Positions 11,851 through 22,372 are shown, counted from the first letter of the stretch. The stretch: 64,000 nt of DNA from Myxococcota bacterium (GCA_040386535.1 JAZKFH010000025.1:1-64000); one strand, 5' to 3'. The notes: generated by a model from the sequence alone, not told the origin. Numbers and translations are program-made.

Positions 11851-11918
11851 GGGGGAGTGTAGCGCGGACGCAGCTCGAGACACCGACGGTTAGATTGGTC
11901 GCTTCCGGACACACCCAC

Positions 11919-12923
11919 GTGAACGCCACACCCCTCTCCGTGCTCGACCTGTCCCCCATCCTCATCGGCGCCACCGCCTCCGACGCTTTTCGCAACACGC
12001 TCGATCTCGCCCGCCACGTCGAACGCTGGGGCTACCGCCGCTTCTGGCTCGCCGAGCACCACAACATGACCGGCATCGCCAGCGCCGCCACGGCCGTGGT
12101 CATCGGGCACGTGGCCGCGGGCACGTCCACGATCCGCGTGGGCGCTGGCGGCGTGATGTTGCCGAACCACGCCCCGCTCGTCATCGCCGAGCAGTTCGGC
12201 ACGCTCGAAGCGTTGCACCCCGGCCGCATCGACCTCGGCCTGGGGCGCGCCCCCGGGACCGACCAGCGCACCGCCCGTGCGCTCCGCCGCGACCACGCGG
12301 AGACCTCGGACCAGTTCCCCCAGGACGTGCTGGAGCTGCAGTCCTACTTCCGCAAGGCGGTGCCGGGCCAGGCCGTGCGCGCGGTTCCCGGCGAGGGGCT
12401 GGACGTGCCGATCTGGCTGCTCGGATCGAGCCTGTTCAGCGCCCGCCTCGCGGCGATGCTCGGCCTGCACTACGCCTTCGCGAGCCACTTCGCCCCCGAC
12501 TACCTGGTCCACGCGCTGGACCTGTACCGTCGTGAGTTCAAGCCCTCGGCGGCGCTGGCCCGGCCCTACGCGATGGGCGCGATCAACGTCTTCGCGGCCG
12601 ACACGGACGCGGCGGCGGCGCGGCTGCCGACCTCGATGTACCAACAGTTCGTCAAGCTCGCGCGGGGGGAGCCGGGCCCGCTCGCACCCCCGGTCGACTC
12701 GATGGAGGGGATATGGTCGCCGCCGGAGAAGGCGTACGTGACCAACGCGCTCCGCGAGTCGATCGTCGGCACGCACGACGCGGTTCGACGGGGCCTCGCG
12801 GCCTTCGTCGAGCGCACCGGCGTGGACGAGGTCATCGTCACGTCACACGTGCACGATCACGCCGCGCGCCTGCGCTCCTTCGAGATCGTGGCGGAGGCCC
12901 AGGGGATGTCCGCCGCGGTGTAG
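11919..12923 (+). CDS. LLM class flavin-dependent oxidoreductase (luciferase-like)
   Basis: [40 protein letters not shown]. Confidence 0.92.
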   Translation: MNATPLSVLDLSPILIGATASDAFRNTLDLARHVERWGYRRFWLAEHHNMTGIASAATAVVIGHVAAGTSTIRVGAGGVMLPNHAPLVIAEQFGTLEALHPGRIDLGLGRAPGTDQRTARALRRDHAETSDQFPQDVLELQSYFRKAVPGQAVRAVPGEGLDVPIWLLGSSLFSARLAAMLGLHYAFASHFAPDYLVHALDLYRREFKPSAALARPYAMGAINVFAADTDAAAARLPTSMYQQFVKLARGEPGPLAPPVDSMEGIWSPPEKAYVTNALRESIVGTHDAVRRGLAAFVERTGVDEVIVTSHVHDHAARLRSFEIVAEAQGMSAAV

Positions 12924-12926
12924 CGG

Positions 12927-13550
12927 TTACGACCCGTACTTGACGCCGCAGCCGTACGGCTTCGTGGTCGGGGTCTTCACGGGGCGACCGGCGCCCACGT
13001 CCTCGATCGCGTTCCGGACGTAGTTCACCGGCGGCCCCTCGGCCTTGCCGAGCGGGGCGTTGTCCAGCGCGCCGGCGTACACCAGGGTGCCCTTCCCATC
13101 GACCACGAACATGTTCGGCGTCGTCGTGGCGCCGTAGCGCTTGCCGACCGTGCCGCTCTCGTCGAGCAGCACCTGGTGGGTCATGCCCCACGTGGCCGTG
13201 GCCTGCTGGTTCAGCTCGACGCCGTGGCCCTGCTTGCCCGGCGCGCTGGAGTTGATCGCGAACCACACGACGTTGCCGGTGCCGGTCGTGTTCTTCGCCA
13301 TGTCCTTGAGCGGGCCCTCGCCGTGCGCGTACACCACGAACGGACAACCGGGGTTGAACCACTCGATCACGACGGTCTTGCCCGCGAAGGAGGAGAGCTT
13401 GACCTCCTTGCCGTTCAGGTCCTTGAGCGTGAAGTCGGGCGCCGGCTGGCCGACCTTGGCGGCGGGGGGGAGGGGCGCGCTGGGGGTGACTCCAGGGGCG
13501 TCGGCGGCGAAAGCGGGGGCGACGAGGAGCGAGGCGAGGAGGGGCAACAT
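12927..13550 (-). CDS. secreted redoxin (AhpC/TSA, thioredoxin-fold) protein
   Basis: APDFTLKD, EWFNPGCPFV, YGATTTPNMFV, YAGALD, PYGCGVKY; TGATG coupling. Confidence 0.88.
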   Translation of the reverse strand: MLPLLASLLVAPAFAADAPGVTPSAPLPPAAKVGQPAPDFTLKDLNGKEVKLSSFAGKTVVIEWFNPGCPFVVYAHGEGPLKDMAKNTTGTGNVVWFAINSSAPGKQGHGVELNQQATATWGMTHQVLLDESGTVGKRYGATTTPNMFVVDGKGTLVYAGALDNAPLGKAEGPPVNYVRNAIEDVGAGRPVKTPTTKPYGCGVKYGS

Positions 13551-14308
13551 CAGGGAGACTCCGACAGGTCGAGGGTGAAGCCGCGGCGCGTAGCGCCTTC
13601 GCCGCGGGTGACGACGAGGTGTAGCGGGGCCCCGTCCGGCGCGGGGGGGAGGGGAGAGACGAGGACGAGCCCGCCATCGGGAGACGGGGTGAGCACGGGG
13701 GCCCACACGGCCTCCAGAGCGGTGGAGGGGAACACGTCGACGGGGCCGGGCCCCGGGACCGTCACGCGGAGCTGCCCACCCGTGCGGGAGACGGTGCCGC
13801 CGCTCTGGCTGAAGGGGACGGGGAGGGAGGCGACGTAGGGGGCGACCGGATCAGCGGAGGGCTTGGACGCGCCCTTGCGTACGGGCACGGTGGCTGTCGC
13901 GCTGCCGGAGCCGGTCACGCAGAGGTCCTTGCACAGGAGCCAGCGCACGTCGGCCGTGAGGAGGAGACGATCCGCGGCCGGGGCCACCAGGTCGAACACG
14001 AACCCGGTGTCGCCCTCGTAGCCGTAGCTGACGAGGCCGTCGGTGACGAAGCGCTTCGGCACGGGCCAACGCGGCCCGGTCACGTCGATCGGACGCGCGG
14101 GGGCGCCGGTCGTCACGGTGAGCTGCGCGTCCGTCGCGAGCCCGCTCTGCCCGGGGTTCTCCCAGTAGATGTGCCATCCCTTCGGGACCGCGAGGACCAC
14201 GGCGAGCCGGGCGGGGGCGCCGGCGTCCACCTGCGCGGGCGCCACGATGGAGACGCGGACGGGGGGCGGCGGCTCGGCGGCCTCGGCGGACAACCAGGGG
14301 AGCAACAT
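13550..14308 (-). CDS. protein-disulfide reductase DsbD N-terminal-like domain protein
   Basis: GWHIYWENPGQSG, YGYEG, WLLCKDLC motifs. Confidence 0.8.
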   Translation of the reverse strand: MLLPWLSAEAAEPPPPVRVSIVAPAQVDAGAPARLAVVLAVPKGWHIYWENPGQSGLATDAQLTVTTGAPARPIDVTGPRWPVPKRFVTDGLVSYGYEGDTGFVFDLVAPAADRLLLTADVRWLLCKDLCVTGSGSATATVPVRKGASKPSADPVAPYVASLPVPFSQSGGTVSRTGGQLRVTVPGPGPVDVFPSTALEAVWAPVLTPSPDGGLVLVSPLPPAPDGAPLHLVVTRGEGATRRGFTLDLSESP

Positions 14309-14384
14309 CCCGACGAGTGTAGAAGGCCGGAGCTCCAGGCGCACGCCCCCGGCAGCCGGAGGGAACATACGGTGACAGCGGGGA

Positions 14385-16019
14385 TCAACGTCGCCACGCC
14401 TCGGTCCAGGGGCGGCAGGCGTCGACCGGTGCGCCCGTGAACCACGTGAGCTCCGCGTCGTTCGTGGGCGTGGTCCCCGGGCCGTCCGGGGCGCCGAGGT
14501 TCCCGATCGCCACCCGCACCCGGCCGAAGGGGAGCCGCACGGGGTCGGGATCGACGTAGAGACCGGCGGCGCTCGAGCCCACGAGGCGGTCGGGCGAGGA
14601 CGCGGCGCCCGCGGCGACCACGAAGTCGCGGCCCTCGACGGTGGGGGTGGGGGTGCACGCGTGGAGTCCGTCGGCGACCGCGCAGATCGACTCTCCCGCG
14701 GGGAGCCCGGCCGCGCGCCACACGCCGTGGCCGCCCCAGGCGCCGCCGTCCGCGAAGGGGCCGAAGCCGTTGATCGCGGCCAGGAACAGCGCCGGGCGGT
14801 CCGCGCAGGCGAAGGGCGCGGGGTCTGCGAGCCGCACGGTGGCGCCATCGTAGGCGGCCTCGAAGCGACGGGCCTCCCCCTCGGCGCCCACCGCGGCCCA
14901 CACGCGCACGCGGCCGAGGAGCTCGCCGGGGAGGGCGCCGACGGCCTCCCAGTCCTCCTCTGGCGGGGCGGGCGCCTCGAGCCGGGCGAGCAGCTCGGCC
15001 CAGGCGAAACGTTTCACGGCGACGCCGGATGCGAGCCCGTCGGGAGCGGGGCGTGCAGGATGGGGACCGCGCCCGTCTGGTGGCTTCGGCGGTGGCGTCG
15101 GCCCCTGCCCGTCGTGGGGCTTCGGCGGCGGCGTCGGCCCGAGGACCCCGGGCGGCCGCGGGCCGCGCCCTTCCGGTTGCGCCATCGGTTGCGCGCCCGG
15201 TTGCACCATCGGGCCGGGTTGGGCCATCGGGCCCTCCTGGCGATCGCGCGCGCCGGGATCTCGCATGGCATCGAGGTACGACCGCCCGCCGGCATCGTCG
15301 GGCTCGACCACGTAGTAGACGTCGAGGCGAAGATCGGCGCCCTCCCCGGTGACGAGGGCGGAGGGCACGCCGAGCCACGCAGGGCGGGCCTCGTCGGGGA
15401 GCGCGTGGCGGCCGGCGACCAGCCAGTGCGGGCCGGTCAGGCCTCGGGTGAAGGCCGGATCGAGCGCGCGCCAGGCCACCACGTCGCCCAGCGAGCCCCC
15501 AGGCACGGCCGGACGCGGCGGGTCCGCGGCGAGGATCCGGTACCGCGCGAGCACCATCAGCCAGCTCCGGTCGGGCAGCTGGAGGACCGACACGTCCTTG
15601 TAGGTCACGTCCAGCGGCAGCGGCTCCTGGCCCGCGTCGGGGGGCGCGACGGGCCATGACACACCCCTGCGTTGCGACGGAACGCAGGTGGCTGACAGCG
15701 GCGCCGCGCCCGGCGGGCCGACGGTGAACCGGAAGGGGGCGAGGAGCCGGCGCCCCGAGTCGAGGAAGGTGACGACCCGCCCCTTGATCCCGCACGGGTT
15801 GTCGCCCACGAGGCGCCCCCACGCGCGCCGATCGGGCAGGGCGCGGCCGAGCATGTGGTCGTCCACGCCGAACAGGCGCAGCCGTGCCGCGGCGCCGTCG
15901 AGCTCGCGTGGCCCGAGCCGCACCGTGCTCGTGGACGTGGACTCCAGCCGCGCGTCGTCCGCTTCCTGGATCTGGGCCGCGTGGATCTCCACCGTCGGCC
16001 CCGCGTCCGTCCACCCCAT
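14385..16019 (-). CDS. hypothetical protein with Pro/Gln-rich internal repeats
   Basis: 544-aa ORF filling the gap; GPTPPPKP x2 and MAQP/MVQP repeats; no family recognised. Confidence 0.5.
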   Translation of the reverse strand: MGWTDAGPTVEIHAAQIQEADDARLESTSTSTVRLGPRELDGAAARLRLFGVDDHMLGRALPDRRAWGRLVGDNPCGIKGRVVTFLDSGRRLLAPFRFTVGPPGAAPLSATCVPSQRRGVSWPVAPPDAGQEPLPLDVTYKDVSVLQLPDRSWLMVLARYRILAADPPRPAVPGGSLGDVVAWRALDPAFTRGLTGPHWLVAGRHALPDEARPAWLGVPSALVTGEGADLRLDVYYVVEPDDAGGRSYLDAMRDPGARDRQEGPMAQPGPMVQPGAQPMAQPEGRGPRPPGVLGPTPPPKPHDGQGPTPPPKPPDGRGPHPARPAPDGLASGVAVKRFAWAELLARLEAPAPPEEDWEAVGALPGELLGRVRVWAAVGAEGEARRFEAAYDGATVRLADPAPFACADRPALFLAAINGFGPFADGGAWGGHGVWRAAGLPAGESICAVADGLHACTPTPTVEGRDFVVAAGAASSPDRLVGSSAAGLYVDPDPVRLPFGRVRVAIGNLGAPDGPGTTPTNDAELTWFTGAPVDACRPWTEAWRR

Positions 16020-16138
16020 CGGCCCTCCGCTCGCCCGTCGGCGGGCCGCGTCCTCTAACCGCCGAGCCAGAAGCAGACGGTGATCCCCGGAAGTCCTCGG
16101 ACGCGCGCGCTGGAGCTTCCCGGCGGATAATGGGCCGC

Positions 16139-17011
16139 ATGACCCTCCACGTCGTCGACGGCACCTTCGAGATCTTCCGGGCCCACTTCTCCAAGCGGCC
16201 GGAGCACACGCGCCCCGATGGCAAGCCCTTCAAGGCCACCGGTGGCCTCGTCTCCTCCTTGCTGGCGCTGCTGGCCGACAACAAGGAGCAGGTGACCCAC
16301 ATCGCGGTGGCCTTCGACAACCCGATCCGCTCGTTCCGCAACGACCTGTTCCCCGACTACAAGTCCGATGTCGGAATCGACCCGCTGCTCCGCGCGCAGT
16401 TCGACGACGCGGAGGAGGCCACCCGCGCGCTCGGCATCACGGTGTGGTCGATGGACAAGTGGGAGGCGGACGACGCGCTCGCCACCGCCGCGTGGCGCTG
16501 GGGCCGCGAGGTGCCCGTGCGCATCCTCTCGCCCGACAAGGATCTCGGCCAGTGCCTCGCCTGGCCCGGCGTCACCCAGGTCGACCGCATCCGCGAGCGC
16601 GTCATCGACGCCGCGATGCTCCGCGCCACCCGCGGAGTCGAACCCGCCAGCATCCCCGACCTGCTCGGCCTCATCGGGGACGACGCCGACGGCATCCCCG
16701 GCCTGCCCGGCTGGGGCGACAAGTCCGCGTCGACCGTGCTCGGCCGCTGGGGCCGCATCGACGCGATCCCGACCATCCCGTCCGCGTGGGACGTGAAGGT
16801 GCGCGGCGCGGACAAGCTCTGCGCCACGCTGAACGAGCGCCGCCAGGAGGCGCTGCTGTACCGGGAGCTCGCGACGCTCGTGCACGACGTGCCGCTCGCC
16901 GAGTCGCTCGACGATCTCCGCTGGCGGGGGGCGCCGCGCGCACGTTTCCACGCATGGTGCGACACGGCGGGCCTCGGTCGCCTGAAGGAACGTCCGGCGG
17001 CCTGGACGTAG
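16139..17011 (+). CDS. stand-alone 5'-3' exonuclease / flap endonuclease
   Basis: HVVDG, AFD, FRN..FPDYK, EADD, SPDKD, GDDADGIPG..G.GDKSA (H3TH). Confidence 0.92.
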   Translation: MTLHVVDGTFEIFRAHFSKRPEHTRPDGKPFKATGGLVSSLLALLADNKEQVTHIAVAFDNPIRSFRNDLFPDYKSDVGIDPLLRAQFDDAEEATRALGITVWSMDKWEADDALATAAWRWGREVPVRILSPDKDLGQCLAWPGVTQVDRIRERVIDAAMLRATRGVEPASIPDLLGLIGDDADGIPGLPGWGDKSASTVLGRWGRIDAIPTIPSAWDVKVRGADKLCATLNERRQEALLYRELATLVHDVPLAESLDDLRWRGAPRARFHAWCDTAGLGRLKERPAAWT

Positions 17012-17073
17012 AAATATAGGACGAACCTGGACGGATAGAGACTGGCCGCCAGCCCGGTGCCTACCGTCTGGGG

Positions 17074-19002
17074 GTGGAACCGACGCTCTGCCCCCCCTCG
17101 GAACCCGGTCCCTCGGCCCCGGTCGGCGTCCTCCGCGGGCGCTCGGGCAGCCGGTACACGCTCGGAAGCGCGCCCATCGGCGCCGGTGCTCAGGCCGAGG
17201 TGTGGCCGGGCATCCGGGAGGACGGCTTCGCCGTCGCAATCAAGATCGCGCGCCCCCAACGATCGGCGATCGACGCGCTCGATGCCGAAGGGCGCTACCT
17301 CGAGGCCCTCGCCCGGGGCGGCGCGGACTGCACCGTCACGTGTATCGACCATGTCGAGTGGGACGGGCGTCCCGGCCTCGTGCTCCCGCGTCTGCCGCGC
17401 GACGTCGACGCCTGCGTGCGCGCTCGCATCACGGCGGATCCAGGCCGCGCGATCGAGGGGGTGCTGCTCGTGGGCGTCGAGGTGGCGCGCGCCCTCTCGG
17501 CGCTGCACCTCGCGGAGCTGGCGCGTCCGGGCGAGCCCGGACAGCTCGTGCACCGCGACGTGAAGCCGGAGAACGTCCTCGTCGACGCGACCGGCGCCGT
17601 GCGCCTCGCGGACCTCGGCGGATCCCTGCTCGCGGACGGCCGGGCCCCCCGCGAGCTCGGCGTGTTCGGCTCGCCCCACTGGGCGCCGCCCGACCAGATG
17701 TTGCCCGGCCTCGCGGAGCCGAACCCCACCTGGGACACCTACGCAGCCTGTGTGATGGTCTTCTACTGGGTGGCCGGGGCGCGGCCCTCGTTCCAGGCCG
17801 ATCCGTCGGCGCGCCTCCAACCGCGCGGGCGCGAGCTCTTCCGCCTGATGACGCGGATGGCGGCCGCGCGCCCGCCCGATCGCGCGCCGGCCATCGAGGC
17901 CCTCTTCGCCGCGCGGGAGGGGGTGCGGGCCGCGGACGTGATCGATCCCGGCGCCTCCTCGCGCTTCGAGGCGGCGGACCGCGCGCGCCTCGCCCGCGGG
18001 CTCCTGGGGCTCGCCGACGCCGAGGTCTACGGCGACGAGGCGCTCCAGGCGGCCAACGAGGCGCTGATCGTGGTGCTCGAGCGGGGAACCTCGCCGCACG
18101 TGGCGCCCTCGCCCACCCATCGCTACGGGCGCGCCGCGGAGCTCGCCGACGCGCTCGAAGGCATCGCGCGGGGGCTGGGCGTGGCGCGCCGCGTTCGGGC
18201 CGCACGCGGCGCGCTTCCTCCGTTGCGCATCGAGCGGACGGTGGCGGACCCCCCGCGCGGCGAACGCCAGGTCCTCATCCCCGACCTCGGGTCGCTCATC
18301 GTGACGGCGCCGCCGTGGCAGCGCTGGGAGGCGCGGAGGCGGGGCAGCCTCGGGCCGCCGGTCCTCTCGCCTGCGCTGCGTGTGCGCCCCGACCTGTACC
18401 TGCGCGGCCTCGTGGCGAGCATCGTCGTGTCGATGGGCGTGTTGGCCGTGTGGCCGAGCGCGCCCCCGGCCTCCACGGACGACCCGGCGAGGTCCACGGT
18501 GCGGGTCCTGGCGGGCGCTTCCGTGGGCGCCGCGGGGGCCGCCGTCGGCCCGTTCCGGATCATGCGCACGGAGGTGAGCAACGGTGCGTACGCGACGTGC
18601 GTGTCGACGGGCGCGTGTCCACCGCTCTCCTGGAGCACGCCGGGGTCCCCCTGGCAGCTCGGCGTGGGCGTGAAGGGGGAGACGTTCCGCCTCCTCGCCG
18701 GCGACCGGCAGCCCGCCGTCGGCGTGACCTGGGAGCAGGCGTCGTCGTGGTGCGCGTGGGCCGGCGGGAGCCTGCCGACGGAGGCGCAATGGGAGCGCGC
18801 GGCGCGGCAGGCGGGCGCCGTGCGCCTCGTCGGGAACACGTGGGAGTGGACCGCCACGCCGGGCGGGGCGCGCGCGTCGAGTCGGGTCCTCCGCGGCGGC
18901 GCGTTCGACACCCCCCTCGTCAACGTCGGCGCCACCCGGCGGCTCGATCGCCCCGACCAGGTGTCGCCGACCTACTCGTTCCGGTGCGCCTTTCCTGATT
19001 GA
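17074..19002 (+). CDS. Ser/Thr protein kinase with TM segment and C-terminal FGE-sulfatase (SUMF1) domain
   Basis: GAGAQAEV, VAIK, HRDVKPEN, DLG; TEVSN..Y, P.V.VTW..A..WC.WAG..LPTEAQWERAAR, GNTWEW, RGG, SFRC. Confidence 0.85.
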   Translation: MEPTLCPPSEPGPSAPVGVLRGRSGSRYTLGSAPIGAGAQAEVWPGIREDGFAVAIKIARPQRSAIDALDAEGRYLEALARGGADCTVTCIDHVEWDGRPGLVLPRLPRDVDACVRARITADPGRAIEGVLLVGVEVARALSALHLAELARPGEPGQLVHRDVKPENVLVDATGAVRLADLGGSLLADGRAPRELGVFGSPHWAPPDQMLPGLAEPNPTWDTYAACVMVFYWVAGARPSFQADPSARLQPRGRELFRLMTRMAAARPPDRAPAIEALFAAREGVRAADVIDPGASSRFEAADRARLARGLLGLADAEVYGDEALQAANEALIVVLERGTSPHVAPSPTHRYGRAAELADALEGIARGLGVARRVRAARGALPPLRIERTVADPPRGERQVLIPDLGSLIVTAPPWQRWEARRRGSLGPPVLSPALRVRPDLYLRGLVASIVVSMGVLAVWPSAPPASTDDPARSTVRVLAGASVGAAGAAVGPFRIMRTEVSNGAYATCVSTGACPPLSWSTPGSPWQLGVGVKGETFRLLAGDRQPAVGVTWEQASSWCAWAGGSLPTEAQWERAARQAGAVRLVGNTWEWTATPGGARASSRVLRGGAFDTPLVNVGATRRLDRPDQVSPTYSFRCAFPD

Positions 19003-19051
19003 GAACGGCGGCGCTTCGTGGCGGGCCGGCCGCCGGGGATAGACGCCGGAG

Positions 19052-20986
19052 ATGGAACGCCTCCGACCGCTCGCCGGTCTGCTCGTGCTGCTGCTGCTGG
19101 CGGCGTGGCTGTGCGAGGACTGGCTGTTCGACGCCTCCCCGTTCTTCAACGAGCGGGACGCCGGCTTCAGCGCGGTGGCGCTCGCGCACCTCCAGGGGGC
19201 GCTGCTCGGCCACGGCGGGTGGGCGGACGCGCCGCTCGCCTGGCCGCTCGGCCAGGGCACCACCCGCGCGGACTGGATGGCGGGCCAGGCGCTGATGCTG
19301 CTGCCGGCGCGCCTCGCCGGCGTCGACCCCTCCCGTGTGTACGAGCTGGCCGCGTTCGCAGGGCTCGTGCTCACCGCATGGGCCGGCTACCAGCTCGCGC
19401 GCGTGCTCGTCAGGCCCGGCCCCCACGCCGTGCTCGCCGGCCTCGTGGCGGGCCTCGGCCCCCTCCAGCTCGGCCACGCCGCCCACGTCAACCTCGTACA
19501 CCACGAGGTGGCGCTCCTCCCCGCCCTCCTCCTCGGCGCAGGCCTCCCCCGCGGCCGCGCGCCCGTCGCCGCCGCGGGGGGGCTCGCCGCCGGGCTGGCG
19601 TGGCACTTCGGGCTCTACATGGGCCTGCACGCGGCGCTCGTCACGGGGGCGGTCGTCCTCGGGATGGCGGTGACGCGGCGCGGGACGGCACGGGCGTGGC
19701 TCGCCGCGGGTGCGGGCCTCGCCGTCGCGCTGCTGACCGTCGTGCCCGTCGCGATCCTCTACGGCGGCGCGGCCACTGACGGGGGTGTCCCGGACGCCGA
19801 GATGGTGTCCGGCTCCTGGGACCTGGGCACCACCTTCGCGCTCACCGAGGGCGCACGGCTGCACGCGTACATCGGCGCGGCGTCGCCGGTCCGCCTGGTC
19901 ACCGCCTGGGAGTCGCCGAACCCGGGCTACCTCGTCGTCGCGCTCGCGCTCGTCGGGCTCTTCACCCGCGGCCGCCCGCGGGGCGCGTGGATCCTCGTGC
20001 TCGGGGTTGCCGCGATCGCGGCGGCGTTGGCCCTCGGGTCGACCCCGCGCTGGCACGGGGCGGCGCTGCCGGTTCCCGGGCCGCATCGGCTCCTCGAATG
20101 GGTCACGGGCGGCAACCTGCGCTCGCCCCTCCGCTGGCTCGCCCTCGTCCACGTGGCGATCGGCCTGTACGCGAGCGCCGGCCTCGCGGCCCTCGCCGCC
20201 CGGCTCCCCGGCTCCACGGCAGGGCGCTGGGGGCGCCTCGGGCTCACCGCCGCGGTGCTCGTCGTCGCCACCTCGGAGCTCCCCTGGCGCGTCCAGACCG
20301 AGGCGGCGCCGGCCAGCCGCGCCTACTGCCTGCTCGACGCCGTGAAGGCCGACGGCGCCCTGTTCGAGGTCCTCGGAAAGCGCTGTGACTGCGGCGGCAC
20401 GTCACGCTTGCGGGCCACGCTCTTCCACGGGAGGCCCGTCGTGGGCGGCCACTATGCCCGGTACGCGCCGGCGCTCACCTCCGTCAACCAGCTCCTCAAC
20501 GGCTGGCCCAGCCCGGGCACGCTCGCCTTCCTGCGGGCCACCCAATCGACGGTCATCCTCGAGCACCCCCCCTTGCGCGGCGGCGAGCCCCCCGACGCGA
20601 CCTGTACCAAATCCGACGGCCACCGCCTCTGTGTCCTCGACGCCCGCGCGCCGCTCCCCGCGCCCTCCGCGATCACGACCGCGCCGATGGGCCCCGTAGT
20701 GGGGCTCCGGTGGCCCTCCGTTCCCAACGCGCGTGTGGTGCGGGTGGAGTGCGCCGGGCATGCGCCCGAGGAGCACCCCGTCGACGCGTGGCAGGTGCTC
20801 GCCCAGGTGCGCGGCGTCGACACCTTCGACGTGTTCCTGGAGGCCCCGTGCGACTCCGCGTGGGAGGTGTCGGTCGGCGCGCCCGCCCCCCTCTACCTGG
20901 ATCCTGTGCACGCAAGTGACACATGGCTTCCGCCGATGCCGGCGCGGGGGGAGGGGGTGGCGGGGATGATGGGGTGTGGGGAGTAG
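19052..20986 (+). CDS. polytopic membrane protein, possibly GT-C / YfhO-like
   Basis: About 10 hydrophobic segments followed by a soluble C-terminal region; LRSPLRW motif; family is inferred. Confidence 0.55.
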   Translation: MERLRPLAGLLVLLLLAAWLCEDWLFDASPFFNERDAGFSAVALAHLQGALLGHGGWADAPLAWPLGQGTTRADWMAGQALMLLPARLAGVDPSRVYELAAFAGLVLTAWAGYQLARVLVRPGPHAVLAGLVAGLGPLQLGHAAHVNLVHHEVALLPALLLGAGLPRGRAPVAAAGGLAAGLAWHFGLYMGLHAALVTGAVVLGMAVTRRGTARAWLAAGAGLAVALLTVVPVAILYGGAATDGGVPDAEMVSGSWDLGTTFALTEGARLHAYIGAASPVRLVTAWESPNPGYLVVALALVGLFTRGRPRGAWILVLGVAAIAAALALGSTPRWHGAALPVPGPHRLLEWVTGGNLRSPLRWLALVHVAIGLYASAGLAALAARLPGSTAGRWGRLGLTAAVLVVATSELPWRVQTEAAPASRAYCLLDAVKADGALFEVLGKRCDCGGTSRLRATLFHGRPVVGGHYARYAPALTSVNQLLNGWPSPGTLAFLRATQSTVILEHPPLRGGEPPDATCTKSDGHRLCVLDARAPLPAPSAITTAPMGPVVGLRWPSVPNARVVRVECAGHAPEEHPVDAWQVLAQVRGVDTFDVFLEAPCDSAWEVSVGAPAPLYLDPVHASDTWLPPMPARGEGVAGMMGCGE

Positions 20987-21065
20987 CTGAATTCCCGGCC
21001 GCATCCGACGCCCGGAAATGCTCTGGCCCGCCCCCGACCTCCCGACCCGCTACACTCCGGGCCAT

Positions 21066-21812
21066 ATGCCCGACGCGCTTCTCCCTTGCCCCTCACCCGC
21101 CCCCGACGCGCCCCAGCCGCCCGACGCGGAGCGGGTGCGCGGGCGAGCGTTCGCCCTCGCTGCCGTGATTCAACGGGCTTTTCTCGAGCAAGCGTCGCTG
21201 CCTGCCGAGCAGTATGACGAGTACATTGCGACCCTCCGGTCGTGGATCGCCGAGCGGAGCCTTGGTTCGGCGTTCGAGGCGGACGAGCAGGAATTCATCG
21301 ACACTCCCCAGGGCCAGCTCGACCCGAAAGAGACGTCGGACGCGACCTGGCTCTCCGAAGGGCTCGGGGTGCTCGCGTGGGCGTTGAGTGTGGCCGATCT
21401 GCCCGCGCATGACGAGCAGGTGGACCTCTTCGCCCTTCACGAGGTTCTCGGCTTCCTGGACGATGTCCCGCCAACGCTCGAGCCCCCCCGTCTGCGCGCG
21501 CCCGCCGAGCTCGCTCGGATGCACGGTCAGCTCGTGGGGATCCACTGGCGTTTACGCGAATTTCGGCTGCGCCCCGGCCCGCTCGACTTCAGCGCGTTCG
21601 CAGCTAGGCGCCTCGCGTTCGGCCGGTTCGACATCGACCTCGACGGCGTTGCGCTCGCGGAAGGGGACCTCGCTGTCGACGACGGCCCGCTCCAGCACGC
21701 CCATACGGGCTCGGTCCAGAACGCGGCCTCCATCGCATTCGAGCGTCACCGCGCCATCGAGTGGCTGGCAGACGCGAGGGTTGCCTACGCGCGCGTGGAC
21801 ACCCCCACCTGA
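21066..21812 (+). CDS. DUF4272 domain protein
   Basis: W..E.L.VL.WAL, LR...EL, HW.LR and ERHRAIEWL motifs. Confidence 0.75.
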   Translation: MPDALLPCPSPAPDAPQPPDAERVRGRAFALAAVIQRAFLEQASLPAEQYDEYIATLRSWIAERSLGSAFEADEQEFIDTPQGQLDPKETSDATWLSEGLGVLAWALSVADLPAHDEQVDLFALHEVLGFLDDVPPTLEPPRLRAPAELARMHGQLVGIHWRLREFRLRPGPLDFSAFAARRLAFGRFDIDLDGVALAEGDLAVDDGPLQHAHTGSVQNAASIAFERHRAIEWLADARVAYARVDTPT

Positions 21813-22372
21813 CCCCCACCGGCCTCCTCCTCCTCGGCGCCGCCGGCAGCGGCACCTCCACGCTCGGCCGCGCCGTCTCGGACGAGCTCGGCTGGCGCCA
21901 CCTCGAGCTCGACGACTTCCTCTGGGTCGCCACCGACCCGCCGTACACCACCCGGAACCCGCCGGAGCGCCGCGCCCAGCTGCTCAGGGAGGCGATCGAC
22001 GGTGCCCCGGCGTGGGTGCTCTCGGGCTCGCCGGGATCGTGGGCGGAGTTCGTCGTCCCCTCGCTCGTGCTCGTGGTGTTCCTCCGCGCGCCAACCGACG
22101 TACGCATCGCACGGATCGCCCGTCGGGAAGCGAAGAGGTACGGGGCCGCGATCGAGCCGGGCGGGGCGCTCCACGATACGCACGCGGCCTTCCTCGCCTG
22201 GGCAGCCCAATACGACGACGGGCCGCCCGAGGGGCGCAGCCTGCGGGAGCACGAGCGATGGCTCGGCACGCTCACGGCCCCCGTCCTCCCCCTCGACACG
22301 ACGGAGCCCGTCGCCACGCTCCTGCGCGCGGTGCACGACACGCTCGGCCCGCTGGGGCGCCGCCCCAAGTGA
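21761..22372 (+). CDS. adenylate-kinase-like P-loop protein
   Basis: GAAGSGTSTLG, LDDFLW..TDPPY, WVLSGS, FL.WA..YD; true start may be near 21809. Confidence 0.8.
   Translation: MAGRREGCLRARGHPHLTPTGLLLLGAAGSGTSTLGRAVSDELGWRHLELDDFLWVATDPPYTTRNPPERRAQLLREAIDGAPAWVLSGSPGSWAEFVVPSLVLVVFLRAPTDVRIARIARREAKRYGAAIEPGGALHDTHAAFLAWAAQYDDGPPEGRSLREHERWLGTLTAPVLPLDTTEPVATLLRAVHDTLGPLGRRPK

Noticed and set aside
16139..17011. Truncated polA pseudogene
   Set aside because: Intact start and stop and no polymerase remnants downstream; stand-alone 5'-3' exonucleases are a known family
18480..19002. DGR target (FGE/CLec fold)
   Set aside because: No reverse transcriptase and no template-repeat copy of the 3' end seen in the window
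16357..19374. 1005-aa minus-strand ORF (likewise 40875-43907)
   Set aside because: Antisense to motif-supported genes, with no motifs of its own
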